From a virus (Duplodnaviria > Caudoviricetes), in IMG/VR virus record IMGVR_UViG_3300021400_001148, positions 192,001 to 256,000 of that record: DNA of 64,000 bases; one strand, 5' to 3'. Position 1 is the stretch's first letter; every line of letters begins with the position of its first letter. The position numbers and the translations under genes are program-made. Below the pieces are notes generated by a model that was given only the letters and a program-made list of their open reading frames with translations, had not been told where the DNA came from and searched no databases. This document shows positions 9,352 through 18,704 of this stretch, in pieces.

Positions 9352-10448
9352 AAAAAAGATGCCAGTACATTAATTCCTTTTTCAACCTTTCGTTGGAGTG
9401 TTCCGAACTTCTCTTCGTTTTCATCTAGACACTTACTATTTTTGTAGTAATTCAGAAATTCATTAAGTTCGAACAGTTTATTCAGTATTTCATCCACCTC
9501 TTTTGAAGCATTTTCGTAAACAATATCATCTTTTGTCATTTCTCTACCGTGAAGGTCGTTGAAATCTTTGTTTTCTTCCTCTGTTAGAGGTTCGGAATAT
9601 CTAAGGAAATTGTTCATGGTATTTTGTTGTTTTAAAATTTTTCTTACTTCAGAATTCGTCTTATATGTTGTGGGTGTGAATCCAGTACTGTCTTCTTTCG
9701 GACCTAGTGTTCTTTCTATTTTTGTTTTTAGTTCATCTGGTATTAGAAAACCACCATCATCTTTTTTTTGTAGTCTATAGATGGAATTTGCTTCCTCTTC
9801 TGGTGTCATTTTTTGCAAGCTGTCGGAAGAAGAAAACGCTATATAAGCAAAATCAACCCCCGAACATAGGTTTGATTGTAAAAAACTCGGTACAAAGTTG
9901 TTCACTTGATTGGTTCTTTGATGAAACGGCTTGTCTGGAATGAGTTTTCTTTTGCCGGATATACTTCGTTCCACATTTCTTCTCATTGCCACGGACCTGT
10001 TCACGACCACCCATATAATGGATACTGTATATCCTAGGGGTTTAACCATACTGACAATTTCTTCAGCAAGGCTTTTTTCTCCTCTTTTTCCCGGCCGGCC
10101 ACATATGTCAAATATGATGTTTCCCTTGTTCTTTGTTTGGTTTTTTAAGAAAAGTTCTTCTGATTTTTGTAACTTTTCCGCGGAAGCACGGTGTAAATCT
10201 TTGAAACTAGGAATTTTTTTCCCTTGCTGTTTCAAAAGGTTTTCGTAGTTTTGCCTAAATAAATCAATATCAAAAACCTTACCGCTTATTGGTAGTTTGT
10301 TTTTCAAAAGGTATGACTTACCGGAACCAGGTGCCCCCATCAAAATTATACATTGCCCGTAATTCGGAAAGTTACCATTATTGAATGAGATAGTCCTGAT
10401 TTCATTTATGACTTCACCAACTATTTTATTCACTATGTTGTTGCTCAT
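9348..10448 (-). CDS. P-loop kinase (Zeta-toxin/AAA_33-like)
   Basis: Walker A GAPGSGKS, IIFD, lid RNVER; start moved to MSNN. Confidence 0.7.
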   Translation of the reverse strand: MSNNIVNKIVGEVINEIRTISFNNGNFPNYGQCIILMGAPGSGKSYLLKNKLPISGKVFDIDLFRQNYENLLKQQGKKIPSFKDLHRASAEKLQKSEELFLKNQTKNKGNIIFDICGRPGKRGEKSLAEEIVSMVKPLGYTVSIIWVVVNRSVAMRRNVERSISGKRKLIPDKPFHQRTNQVNNFVPSFLQSNLCSGVDFAYIAFSSSDSLQKMTPEEEANSIYRLQKKDDGGFLIPDELKTKIERTLGPKEDSTGFTPTTYKTNSEVRKILKQQNTMNNFLRYSEPLTEEENKDFNDLHGREMTKDDIVYENASKEVDEILNKLFELNEFLNYYKNSKCLDENEEKFGTLQRKVEKGINVLASFF

Positions 10449-10487
10449 ATGCAATAAATATAACTTTTGTATACAAAGATAATTAAA

Positions 10488-10514
10488 AACGCCAGAACAT
10501 TTTTTGTTCTGGCG
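10488..10514 (-). terminator. Terminator after the tmRNA gene
   Basis: CGCCAGAACA…TGTTCTGGCG hairpin with T-tract on the minus strand. Confidence 0.7.
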
Positions 10515-10521
10515 CAACAAG

Positions 10522-11111
10522 TGGAGCTGACGGGACTCGCTGAGTATTACTCTGGGCCATCTCATCATCTGTTCTAGATGCTGCTCGCTATAGGCTCACC
10601 GTAGTGTCCTTGGTCTCTGAACCTTCCACAATCTTCCTTGTGGCTTGGCTGCTGATTGCCTCTTCGGTTTCCAGCAATTCAAGCAGTTTTTAACATAATG
10701 TCCCCATTATGTGGGTCCGATATGCTGAACCCGTGTCCAAACATCTCATCCAATCGCTTTCTACACATTTATCCCAATGTTGTTTTTCGTAATCCCCCGG
10801 GAGATGGGCTTCCAAAGAGATTCTTAACCCGGTTCTACTTAGGCGGGATTTACGGATGTTACCCGCTTGCATCTGATTGTAATTGCACCCCTTAGCCACA
10901 ACCATACAGAAAACTGTGAGGGATGTACGCCGAGCGGAACCTTGTTCTGCTCTGTCGCAGCCCGGAATCACCTAGTGATTAGGCAGCATAAGCGTAAGAG
11001 TAAGCGTAACGATTAGCAGTTACTTTTTTGGTGTTCTGGATTAACGGGACCACCACCTTCGCCCGATGTGCTTACGATGAAACGACAATGCTGTCAAAAC
11101 CAAACAGCCCC
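10522..11111 (-). ncRNA. ssrA: tmRNA, intron-containing (about 402 nt mature); tag ANRYAYSYAYAA at 11017-10979
   Basis: 5' GGGGCTG…TTTTGAC pairs with 3' CAGCTCCA (G3:U70); T-arm ACGGGTT|CGAGTCCCGT; TAACT-GCT resume context; tag ends AA then stop. Confidence 0.93.
10540..10727 (-). mobile_element. Group I self-splicing intron (188 nt, no ORF) in the tmRNA T-loop
   Basis: P1 GGGTT/GACCC with U:G pair at the splice site; P GAATTGCTGGAAA, Q AATCAGCAG, R TCAGAGACCA, S GAGATGGCCC; P3 CTGCTT/GAGCAG; terminal G. Confidence 0.9.
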
Positions 11112-11118
11112 ATTATAA

Positions 11119-11337
11119 CTATTTCAGTCTTTGAGAAATCCTCCCTCTAGTGAGGTCGTAAGGGGACATCTCAACTTTAACTTTATCGCCCTCAATTACT
11201 CGAATATTATTCATCCGCATTTTTCCAGAAAGGGTACACAGGATTTCAAGGCCGTTCTCCAGTTCAACCCTGAACATTGCATTGGGGAGTGATTCAATCA
11301 CACTCCCCTGCGTTATAATAGCCTGTTGTTTACTCAT
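11119..11337 (-). CDS. infA: Translation initiation factor IF-1
   Basis: 72 aa: [15 protein letters not shown]…[31 protein letters not shown]. Confidence 0.95.
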   Translation of the reverse strand: MSKQQAIITQGSVIESLPNAMFRVELENGLEILCTLSGKMRMNNIRVIEGDKVKVEMSPYDLTRGRISQRLK

Positions 11338-12466
11338 CGATGAAACCAATGATTTTCTTGTTAGTCTCAGTCTCGTAAGAGTCCTCCTCATAGTTGTAAA
11401 TATCTGCAAGTGAAAGTGCTTTATCCACAACTGTCTTCTCACCACGAATCTTCGTAAGAAGCGCGGAGGACTTATCCGCAGAAAGTTTAGTGAACTCGTA
11501 CTTGGATATCAGTCGCCCTTTCCTGAGAAGTGCATCATCAATCTGGTCAACCTCAGCATTGAATGTACAGATGAACTTCACACCAAGAGACTTGAGGAGT
11601 CCGTCGGCAAGGTTAAGAAGAAGGTTCACTGGTGAGTTGCTGTTGAAATCATTTCTCGACTTGAGGGCATCCTCACAGTCTTCAAGAATAAGGATGCTGT
11701 CCTTGAACCTTGCAAGGAAAGAAGTGAACGAAGGCTGGCCAAGAAGCGGAACCAACGACGACGGAAAATAAATGAACTGTTTATCAGGGTGTGTCTTCAC
11801 AAGATTAGAGATGTAAGTACTCTTACCAGTTCCCTTCTCGCCGTGAAGGATAATGATGCCACTCTTCTTTTTTGCGGAAATAAATTCCTCGATTTTTTCA
11901 GCCTCTCTCTTGAAGTTGTCATTGTACTGTTCATCTATATTGAAATCCTCAACAGTATCAATTTCAAAATCAATGAGGTCAAAACCTGTCTGAGTTGAAA
12001 TAATGAGTTTCACATTGTTGAGTTTCTGTTTCGGGAGAACATAATATTTCTTCACAATCTCCTCAATCTCTTCAAGAGCCTCTTCATCGCCGTCTCCATA
12101 AAGAATGTAAGATTCACTCACACTGTCCTCGAAGCGGGCGAATATGTTCTTATCCTCGATGATGATTGAGAAACCGAGTTTAATCTCCCCGTCGGTGAGG
12201 TTGCAGTTGCGGTAGACAACCGTGTAGTATTTACTGTCCTTATAATGTTCTTTCAACGCTTTAAGGAGACCGGTCGTGTCAAAGTGAGAATCCGCATCTT
12301 CCCTCAACTGTGTAAACATATCACAATATGGGAAATATCTGTTCTTGCAGAAAAACAAGTTCTGAAGTGAAAGACCATCCACCTTTGAATAGACATCGTC
12401 AAACTTAGCATCAAGGCTCATATTATGAAGGATTGCCTTGGCTGCGATTTCTTCGTTTTTTACCAT
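11330..12466 (-). CDS. AAA+ ATPase (BCS1-like)
   Basis: [33 protein letters not shown]-terminal IGF. Confidence 0.85.
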   Translation of the reverse strand: MVKNEEIAAKAILHNMSLDAKFDDVYSKVDGLSLQNLFFCKNRYFPYCDMFTQLREDADSHFDTTGLLKALKEHYKDSKYYTVVYRNCNLTDGEIKLGFSIIIEDKNIFARFEDSVSESYILYGDGDEEALEEIEEIVKKYYVLPKQKLNNVKLIISTQTGFDLIDFEIDTVEDFNIDEQYNDNFKREAEKIEEFISAKKKSGIIILHGEKGTGKSTYISNLVKTHPDKQFIYFPSSLVPLLGQPSFTSFLARFKDSILILEDCEDALKSRNDFNSNSPVNLLLNLADGLLKSLGVKFICTFNAEVDQIDDALLRKGRLISKYEFTKLSADKSSALLTKIRGEKTVVDKALSLADIYNYEEDSYETETNKKIIGFIDE

Positions 12467-12496
12467 AAATTTTTTTGACTAAAATAAACTTCGTTG

Positions 12497-12504
12497 CAAA
12501 TATA
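12497..12504 (-). promoter_or_regulatory. Bacteroidota-type -7 promoter of the AAA-infA-ssrA unit
   Basis: TATATTTG(CA) upstream of 12466. Confidence 0.7.
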
Positions 12505-12531
12505 CAATTTTTTTCTCAAACAAAAACAATA

Positions 12532-12765
12532 CTAAACTTTTCCCATTTGGTATATGTTGAAAATTTCCGAGTAGGTGATAAAGTCATTCATATCTTCAAA
12601 ATCGTTGTCCCCTTCATAGAAAGCATTCCTGTCATTCATCACGGTTGAACCGAGGAATGGCTTAACGAAATATTCCGGTTCTTCTTTGTCTTCTTCTTCC
12701 CGGGGCAGTACTTCCATAAAGTATATTGTATCGGGATACATTTTTTTACCAAAGTACTTTTTCAT
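12532..12765 (-). CDS. Hypothetical protein
   Basis: ORF directly downstream of clpC on the same strand. Confidence 0.6.
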   Translation of the reverse strand: MKKYFGKKMYPDTIYFMEVLPREEEDKEEPEYFVKPFLGSTVMNDRNAFYEGDNDFEDMNDFITYSEIFNIYQMGKV

Positions 12766-12777
12766 ATTATACAGGCT

Positions 12778-15309
12778 TTATTGTATAATTAGGTTGCCGT
12801 TTTCAGTTGTAAGGTTTATTTCAATGTTTTTATCACTGCTCTCAAGGATAATATCCGTAACCGGGTTTACTATATCTTCTTGTATTACTCGTATGATAGG
12901 CCTTGCTCCGAATTCTTTTTCAGGCTCAATCCTCTTAAGGAAATATTCCACCACACCATTGTCGTAAGACAAGCCATAGCCGGCATCGGATATTTTCTTT
13001 TTCGTCTTTTCAAGTTCAATCCGGATAATGCTCCTGAGATTGTCTTCTGTCAGAGAATTGAAGTAAATGATTTCATCAATCCTGTTCAGGAACTCCGGGG
13101 TGAACTTACTTTTCAGTTCCCTATCGAGGATGGCCTTGGTTTTTTCTTGAATGTCGTCATCGATAAAGCCGAAACTTTTGCTGTTTTCCTGAGCTTCTCT
13201 CGCACCTACATTAGAAGTGAAGATAAGAATAAGGTTCTTACAGTCAATTTTCTTGCCGAAATTGTCTGTCACCCGCCCTTCGTCCATAATCTGGAGGAAT
13301 ATGTTGTAAATTTCCGGGTCAGCCTTTTCAATCTCATCGCAAAGGAGAACGGCATATTTGTTTTTCTTGATTGCCTCAGTAAGGAGACCGCCGTTCTCAT
13401 AGCCAACATAACCCGCACCGGCACCGATAAGTTTATTGACAGCGGTTTTATCCGCGTACTCCGACATATCGAACCTGATAAGGTATTTTTCATCGCCGAA
13501 CACCTCTTTTGCTATTGTTTTTGCGAGAAGAGTTTTACCAATACCAGTCTTACCAAGTTCAAGAAATGTAACCGGCTTGTTGGGAGTTCCGAGGCCTACG
13601 CGGTTTCTTTTTATTGCCCGGCATATAGAGTCCACCGCCTCGTCTTGGCCCACAACTATTTTCTTAATCTTTTCATTGATGTTTGTAAGGCTCTTTTTCT
13701 CATCACTTGAAAGTTTGCTGACTGGTATTCCGGTTTTTTCGGAAATTATATGATGAACATCGTCCAGTGTAATTTCTTTCGTATTTTGTGATTGATGGTA
13801 TTTTTCCTTTGCATCGAGCAATTCTGATGTATAGTCGTTAATTTCTTTGTTAATCTCTCTCAGTCTCTCCAAATCATCGTCCTCAATGGCGGACTGTTTT
13901 TCTGCCTCAAGTGCCTTAATCATAGCGGTGAGGTCGCCGATTATTTTTGGTTCAATCATACCCACTCTGATTGATGACCCGACTTCGTCAAGTATGTCAA
14001 TGGCAGAATCCGGGAGCAGACGCTCACTGATGTATTTATCTGAAAGTTTTACAATTTCTTCCACAACATCGGCAGGATATTTCACATTGTGATACTTCTC
14101 GTAGTAGTCTTTTGTCGAGGAAATTATCTCAATGGTCTCCTCGATTGTGGCCGGGGAAATATTGAGTTTCTGGAACTTGCGGTCGAAACTGTTGTTTGTT
14201 TCAATGGCCGAGTGGTAATTTTTGTATGTCGTAGTTCCGATTATCTGGATTTCATTCTCACTTAATGCTTGGTTGAAAACTGCAGACATATCAACATCGG
14301 ATTTTCCGGAAGACATAATCATATTGATGTCATCTATGAAAAGGATGTTGTTTTTGTTTTTCTTGAACTCCTTGATTAGTTTCTTCAGTCTCTCTTCCAG
14401 CATACCCCTCATCGATGTTCCCGCAATGAGTGCGGTTACATCCAGCGAGTAAAAGTGCTTTGACTGTATTGACTCCGGGGCATTTCCGTTGACAATTTCT
14501 TGCACAAGGCCTTTGATAATGGCTGTCTTGCCCACACCTCCATCACCAAGAATAAGGACATTGTTCTTATTTCTTCTCCCCAGAACACGATAAATCTGTG
14601 CAAGTTCACTTTTTCGTCCGATTAGACGGTCATATTTCCCCTCTTCAGCCTCACGGTTCATGTCCGCGCAGTATGCCAATATAAGGGAACCTCCCTGCCG
14701 GCTCGTTTCCTTTGGGGGCTCCATTGGAAAAAGTATCTGTTTCATTTCACTCGGGTCGAAGTGTATTGGAATCTGTATCGGCCCGGAGTCAAGCATCATT
14801 GTGCTCTGCAGAGGTGCCCCGATGGTGGAAGAATCGCTGTTTTGCGGGAGGTTAATCTGACTTTTTGCAAGAAACTCCTTATACCCCATTCCAATGGTGC
14901 TGGAAAACACATACTCAATGTTTTTGTCATTTTTGAGGATTGACAGGAAAAGCAGTGTGGATGTGATTGATTCTTCTCCAAGGGTTTTCCTTATTTTTTC
15001 CGCATCGTCGAGAACTACCGAAAAGTCCTTGCTGAGTTTGAATGAGGCGTTTGGGCGTAGCGACAGCATCTCCTTGAGGGAGATTTCCCGGATGAAGTAA
15101 TTCTCAATTGATGACAATGATGTTGAACTTGCGGTATTTTTAAGGATTGAGAAGGCTTTACAGTTGCGAGAGTTCAACATAGCCACAATAAAATATGGCG
15201 TTGTAATAGCAACCGAAGGGTGCTCCTCCAATATGACTGTCGTTATGAATTCAAAAACAGATTTTAACTCGGCCGAACAGTTCTTGTCTTTAAGTTGTTC
15301 TATCTCCAC
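12778..15309 (-). CDS. clpC: ATP-dependent Clp protease ATPase subunit (ClpC-type)
   Basis: Two AAA modules (GDGGVGKT; GKTGIGKT, DMSEY, GYVGY, DEIEKA), UVR-like middle domain, FGF ClpP-docking loop; TATATTTG at 15349-15356. Confidence 0.9.
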   Translation of the reverse strand: MEIEQLKDKNCSAELKSVFEFITTVILEEHPSVAITTPYFIVAMLNSRNCKAFSILKNTASSTSLSSIENYFIREISLKEMLSLRPNASFKLSKDFSVVLDDAEKIRKTLGEESITSTLLFLSILKNDKNIEYVFSSTIGMGYKEFLAKSQINLPQNSDSSTIGAPLQSTMMLDSGPIQIPIHFDPSEMKQILFPMEPPKETSRQGGSLILAYCADMNREAEEGKYDRLIGRKSELAQIYRVLGRRNKNNVLILGDGGVGKTAIIKGLVQEIVNGNAPESIQSKHFYSLDVTALIAGTSMRGMLEERLKKLIKEFKKNKNNILFIDDINMIMSSGKSDVDMSAVFNQALSENEIQIIGTTTYKNYHSAIETNNSFDRKFQKLNISPATIEETIEIISSTKDYYEKYHNVKYPADVVEEIVKLSDKYISERLLPDSAIDILDEVGSSIRVGMIEPKIIGDLTAMIKALEAEKQSAIEDDDLERLREINKEINDYTSELLDAKEKYHQSQNTKEITLDDVHHIISEKTGIPVSKLSSDEKKSLTNINEKIKKIVVGQDEAVDSICRAIKRNRVGLGTPNKPVTFLELGKTGIGKTLLAKTIAKEVFGDEKYLIRFDMSEYADKTAVNKLIGAGAGYVGYENGGLLTEAIKKNKYAVLLCDEIEKADPEIYNIFLQIMDEGRVTDNFGKKIDCKNLILIFTSNVGAREAQENSKSFGFIDDDIQEKTKAILDRELKSKFTPEFLNRIDEIIYFNSLTEDNLRSIIRIELEKTKKKISDAGYGLSYDNGVVEYFLKRIEPEKEFGARPIIRVIQEDIVNPVTDIILESSDKNIEINLTTENGNLIIQ

Positions 15310-15382
15310 TATCCTTTACTTTTTGCTGTTATTTTCGTATTTTCTTTACAAATATACAAATAATCCGGCAAAAAGAAAAGAT

Positions 15383-16120
15383 ATGGCTATTGTTAAGAAA
15401 AAATATGATGTCACGACTCACACCGATAAAGTGTTATATGAATCGTCCAATGTAATATATTCTTCATTTATTGAAAATCCGACAGACAATACCGGTGATT
15501 TGTTTGTGGTCTTCAAAGAAGGAAAACAGTATAAATATGAAAATGTTTCTTATCAGGACTATCTTATGTTCAAGCACGGAGGCCTTGAAGGGTCGTCCGG
15601 AAAAGCCCTCAATAGTTTCATAATCAAGAAGTACGCCGCAGAAAAAATTGAAGACGCTGATGTGAATAAGATACTGGAGGAGATGAACAAACCGGATAGC
15701 AAGGAAGTAACTTACTTTATTCACGGACCGCGTGGAAGTGTAGACAATGAAATTTTCGAGAAATACTATATCCCAACCCTCACATATATAGTGGACAGTG
15801 TACCGGACTCAAGATTTGTTTTCAGTGCATTTGAGACCGGTTATGTCCAGAAGTCTGTTGAATATCTGCTTGGTATTGGAGTGACAGCGGATAGAATTAA
15901 AGGGTATATTCTTGAGTCGATGGATGTTCCGACATATTACTATCAAAATGTCCCTAACATTGAAACGCTTTCGACCGTACAATATCCAAATGAAAGTGCC
16001 CTTGGTGATTTCCTAATCTCCTGTTCTTCCGGTGATGTGGGGTTTGTTTCTGAACAGGAATTGAAACATATACGAAATATTTCAGAAAGTGCTTATGCAA
16101 TTCTTTCAAGGTACTTTTAA
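15383..16120 (+). CDS. KTSC-domain protein
   Basis: ESSNV…L.V.FK.G..Y.Y.NV…S.GK..N..I pattern. Confidence 0.7.
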   Translation: MAIVKKKYDVTTHTDKVLYESSNVIYSSFIENPTDNTGDLFVVFKEGKQYKYENVSYQDYLMFKHGGLEGSSGKALNSFIIKKYAAEKIEDADVNKILEEMNKPDSKEVTYFIHGPRGSVDNEIFEKYYIPTLTYIVDSVPDSRFVFSAFETGYVQKSVEYLLGIGVTADRIKGYILESMDVPTYYYQNVPNIETLSTVQYPNESALGDFLISCSSGDVGFVSEQELKHIRNISESAYAILSRYF

Positions 16121-16183
16121 ACCAAACCGCAGGTTAAAAACTGCGGTTTATTTATATTTATAAAATATAGAACGAGAAATATC

Positions 16184-16420
16184 ATGGACGAGGTAACTTC
16201 TTTTTTATCACAAACATATTATGAAAGTCCTTACTGGGGCGGTTGCTGCTGTTGCTGCGCAACAAATACTAATAAGTCTAAAGCACCAAAAACTAACGAC
16301 TCGGATGTGTGCCTGAATGAAGAAAAACCTAAATCAAAGGGTTGCGTTTGTGGTAAGAATGTCGAGGGGACTCCGGGGGAAGTGTGTTACACTTGTTATA
16401 ATGACAGTGCCTGTAACTAA
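16184..16420 (+). CDS. Small Cys-rich protein
   Basis: 11 Cys in 78 aa including CCCCC; TATTTATA at 16155; stop overlaps the next start. Confidence 0.6.
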   Translation: MDEVTSFLSQTYYESPYWGGCCCCCATNTNKSKAPKTNDSDVCLNEEKPKSKGCVCGKNVEGTPGEVCYTCYNDSACN

Positions 16421-18657
16421 TGAAAAGAACCATTTACATAACAGAAAAACAAGCCAAAAAGATGGGCCTTCCAAAGAAGGTCCGTCAAAACCTTATACCC
16501 TATGGTGACGGAGAAGAAATCGCCGGAAGTTACCAACTCTCTTCGTCTGAAGGTGACCTTGGGTATGCACATGTGGTCGGTGGAGATGCTGGCGCAATTT
16601 GTGAGAGCAAAAGCCCTATTGAAGTATATTACCGTGGCTATAATAAGAAATACGGCCCTTGGAGAGACCACCTTTTCTGGCTCACCGACAACCCGTCTTA
16701 TGCCAAGGAGTACGGTGACACAGTTGCGGAGGTTTTACTCGATACAAGGCGTTTGAAAGACCGTGATTTTGAATGGTACGATGATTTTGACTATTATGAT
16801 GGACCATCTGAGCAAAAGGCATCTGAACTTTTGAGGGATGGTGTAAATTATTATTCATTCTCCACATACGAATTAGATAGTGAAATACTTTGCCTTTGGG
16901 ATAAGAATGCTATTGTCGGATTCCGTGAACTGTCTCAGAAAGAGTATGACGAAATACCTTCTTATGACGATATAGATGAGTCTTTGTTCAGGAGTAGTAA
17001 CCTCATTACCGAGGGATTGGACCCGAACTTCGACCTTATGCCTTATATAAACTCCTACAACGATTTCCTTGTAAGAGAAGGCCTGCCGGTAAAACCATTC
17101 CCAGAACTACATCTTGATAATACGGACCAGCGTGATATTATGATTCGCACCGGCTTTTATCGTCCGGACGAAAAATCTATAACACTCTTTGTCAAAGATA
17201 GGCATCCAAAAGATATCTTAAGGTCTTACGCCCACGAGATGTGTCATCACATCCAAAATATGGAAGACCCCGACAGGGATTGGGGGTCAGGAAAAGACCT
17301 TTCAGAAGATGATGTCCTAACTGAAATTGAATCCGATGCATATAAAAGAGGCAATATTCTCTTCAGGAAATGGACTGAGGAATTGAAGAAACATCCAGAC
17401 AACAGGCTGAACGAGGGAATAAATTGGAAAGAGCGGCTTAAAAAACTTATGAAACGCCGCGACCCGGATGGAATTGAAAGACTTAAAGAATCGGTTTCCA
17501 ATAATCTTGAAACATGGTACAGGGGATACAAGGCATCTTATGGTTCGGACAGAACGCACCTCCTTTGGTTGACAAGTGATATCTCTTATGCCAGAGCATA
17601 TGGCAACAGAGTCGAAGAGGTGGTTGTTGATATGGATAAATTAAACCCAGGCTCATTATATGATATTGACAGTGTTGTTGGGTATGAGTTTGATTACTAT
17701 GACGGGATAGATGAAGAAGATGCCGCGAAAGCAATGCAGGAAGGAATTGGTGGCTATGAATTCGAAGTGGCTGAGGATGCTGGCTATTCTTGCCTTTGCT
17801 TGTGGGATAAGTCAGCAATTGTTTCAAGAAGAGAATTGTCAAAAGAAGAGTTTACTGAAATTGAAGCCATTGAGGGGTATGATAGTCCGGAATATGATGA
17901 TGTTATCTATGAGGCAACGGAATCTGATGTGGACCTCACATCTTTTAAAATCAAAGACGAACTCAACCCCAAAATATGGAAAGATGGCGGTAAAAAAATC
18001 CGTCCCGAAGTCCGGCTGAAACTTATGGATATTGCAGACGAATTCTATGATTTCCTCAAGATATCTTGGGTCAAAGTCAAGGATATTATTGTTGTTGGCT
18101 CGATTGCAAATTACAACTGGTCCAAATTTTCCGACATAGACCTTCATATTGTAATAGATTATAATGATATCGATAAACGAAAAAATTTTGTTGAGGAATA
18201 CCTCACTTCTAAGAAAAAAGAGTGGAACTCCGGGCACCCGGGTATTAAAATTTATGGATATCAAGTCGAACTTTATGCACAGGACGAGAAAAAAGACGCT
18301 GCATCTTCCGCTGTTTATTCTATAAAGGATGACAAGTGGGTAAAAGAGCCGGTTAAAGGTGAGTTCAAAAAAAAGGACATTAATTCAAACCTCGTAAAAC
18401 GCAAGGCCGCTGATATAATGACGGACATCGAAAAAGCGGAAGATGAATATAAGTCTGGTGGAGAAAAGTCTGTTTTCAAGAAAATGGATACATTACTCGG
18501 AAATGTGAGTAAATCAAGAAGGGAGAGTCTAGCAAGCACCAAGGATGAACTCAATATTGATAACATAGTTTTCAAAGTATTGAGGAGGAATGGATATTTA
18601 GACAAAGCCTTCAATCTCAAAGACCGTGCGTTTGACAAAATACACTCTCTGGGATAG
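16420..18657 (+). CDS. Polyvalent protein: two ART-like domains, zincin metallopeptidase and nucleotidyltransferase
   Basis: Duplicated YRG…WLT…YA..YG domain; AHEMCH; GSIANYNWSKFSDIDLH. Confidence 0.75.
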   Translation: MKRTIYITEKQAKKMGLPKKVRQNLIPYGDGEEIAGSYQLSSSEGDLGYAHVVGGDAGAICESKSPIEVYYRGYNKKYGPWRDHLFWLTDNPSYAKEYGDTVAEVLLDTRRLKDRDFEWYDDFDYYDGPSEQKASELLRDGVNYYSFSTYELDSEILCLWDKNAIVGFRELSQKEYDEIPSYDDIDESLFRSSNLITEGLDPNFDLMPYINSYNDFLVREGLPVKPFPELHLDNTDQRDIMIRTGFYRPDEKSITLFVKDRHPKDILRSYAHEMCHHIQNMEDPDRDWGSGKDLSEDDVLTEIESDAYKRGNILFRKWTEELKKHPDNRLNEGINWKERLKKLMKRRDPDGIERLKESVSNNLETWYRGYKASYGSDRTHLLWLTSDISYARAYGNRVEEVVVDMDKLNPGSLYDIDSVVGYEFDYYDGIDEEDAAKAMQEGIGGYEFEVAEDAGYSCLCLWDKSAIVSRRELSKEEFTEIEAIEGYDSPEYDDVIYEATESDVDLTSFKIKDELNPKIWKDGGKKIRPEVRLKLMDIADEFYDFLKISWVKVKDIIVVGSIANYNWSKFSDIDLHIVIDYNDIDKRKNFVEEYLTSKKKEWNSGHPGIKIYGYQVELYAQDEKKDAASSAVYSIKDDKWVKEPVKGEFKKKDINSNLVKRKAADIMTDIEKAEDEYKSGGEKSVFKKMDTLLGNVSKSRRESLASTKDELNIDNIVFKVLRRNGYLDKAFNLKDRAFDKIHSLG

Positions 18658-18704
18658 TATTTTAATCCAAAAGAACTATTTATAAAGAAAAATAACCAAT
18701 TGTT

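Noticed and set aside
10521-10540. tRNA-Ala gene
   Set aside because: The acceptor and T-arm belong to the tmRNA; there is no anticodon arm
10449-10568. Extended start of the kinase ORF and small ORFs at 10656-10971
   Set aside because: They overlap the tmRNA, its intron and its terminator
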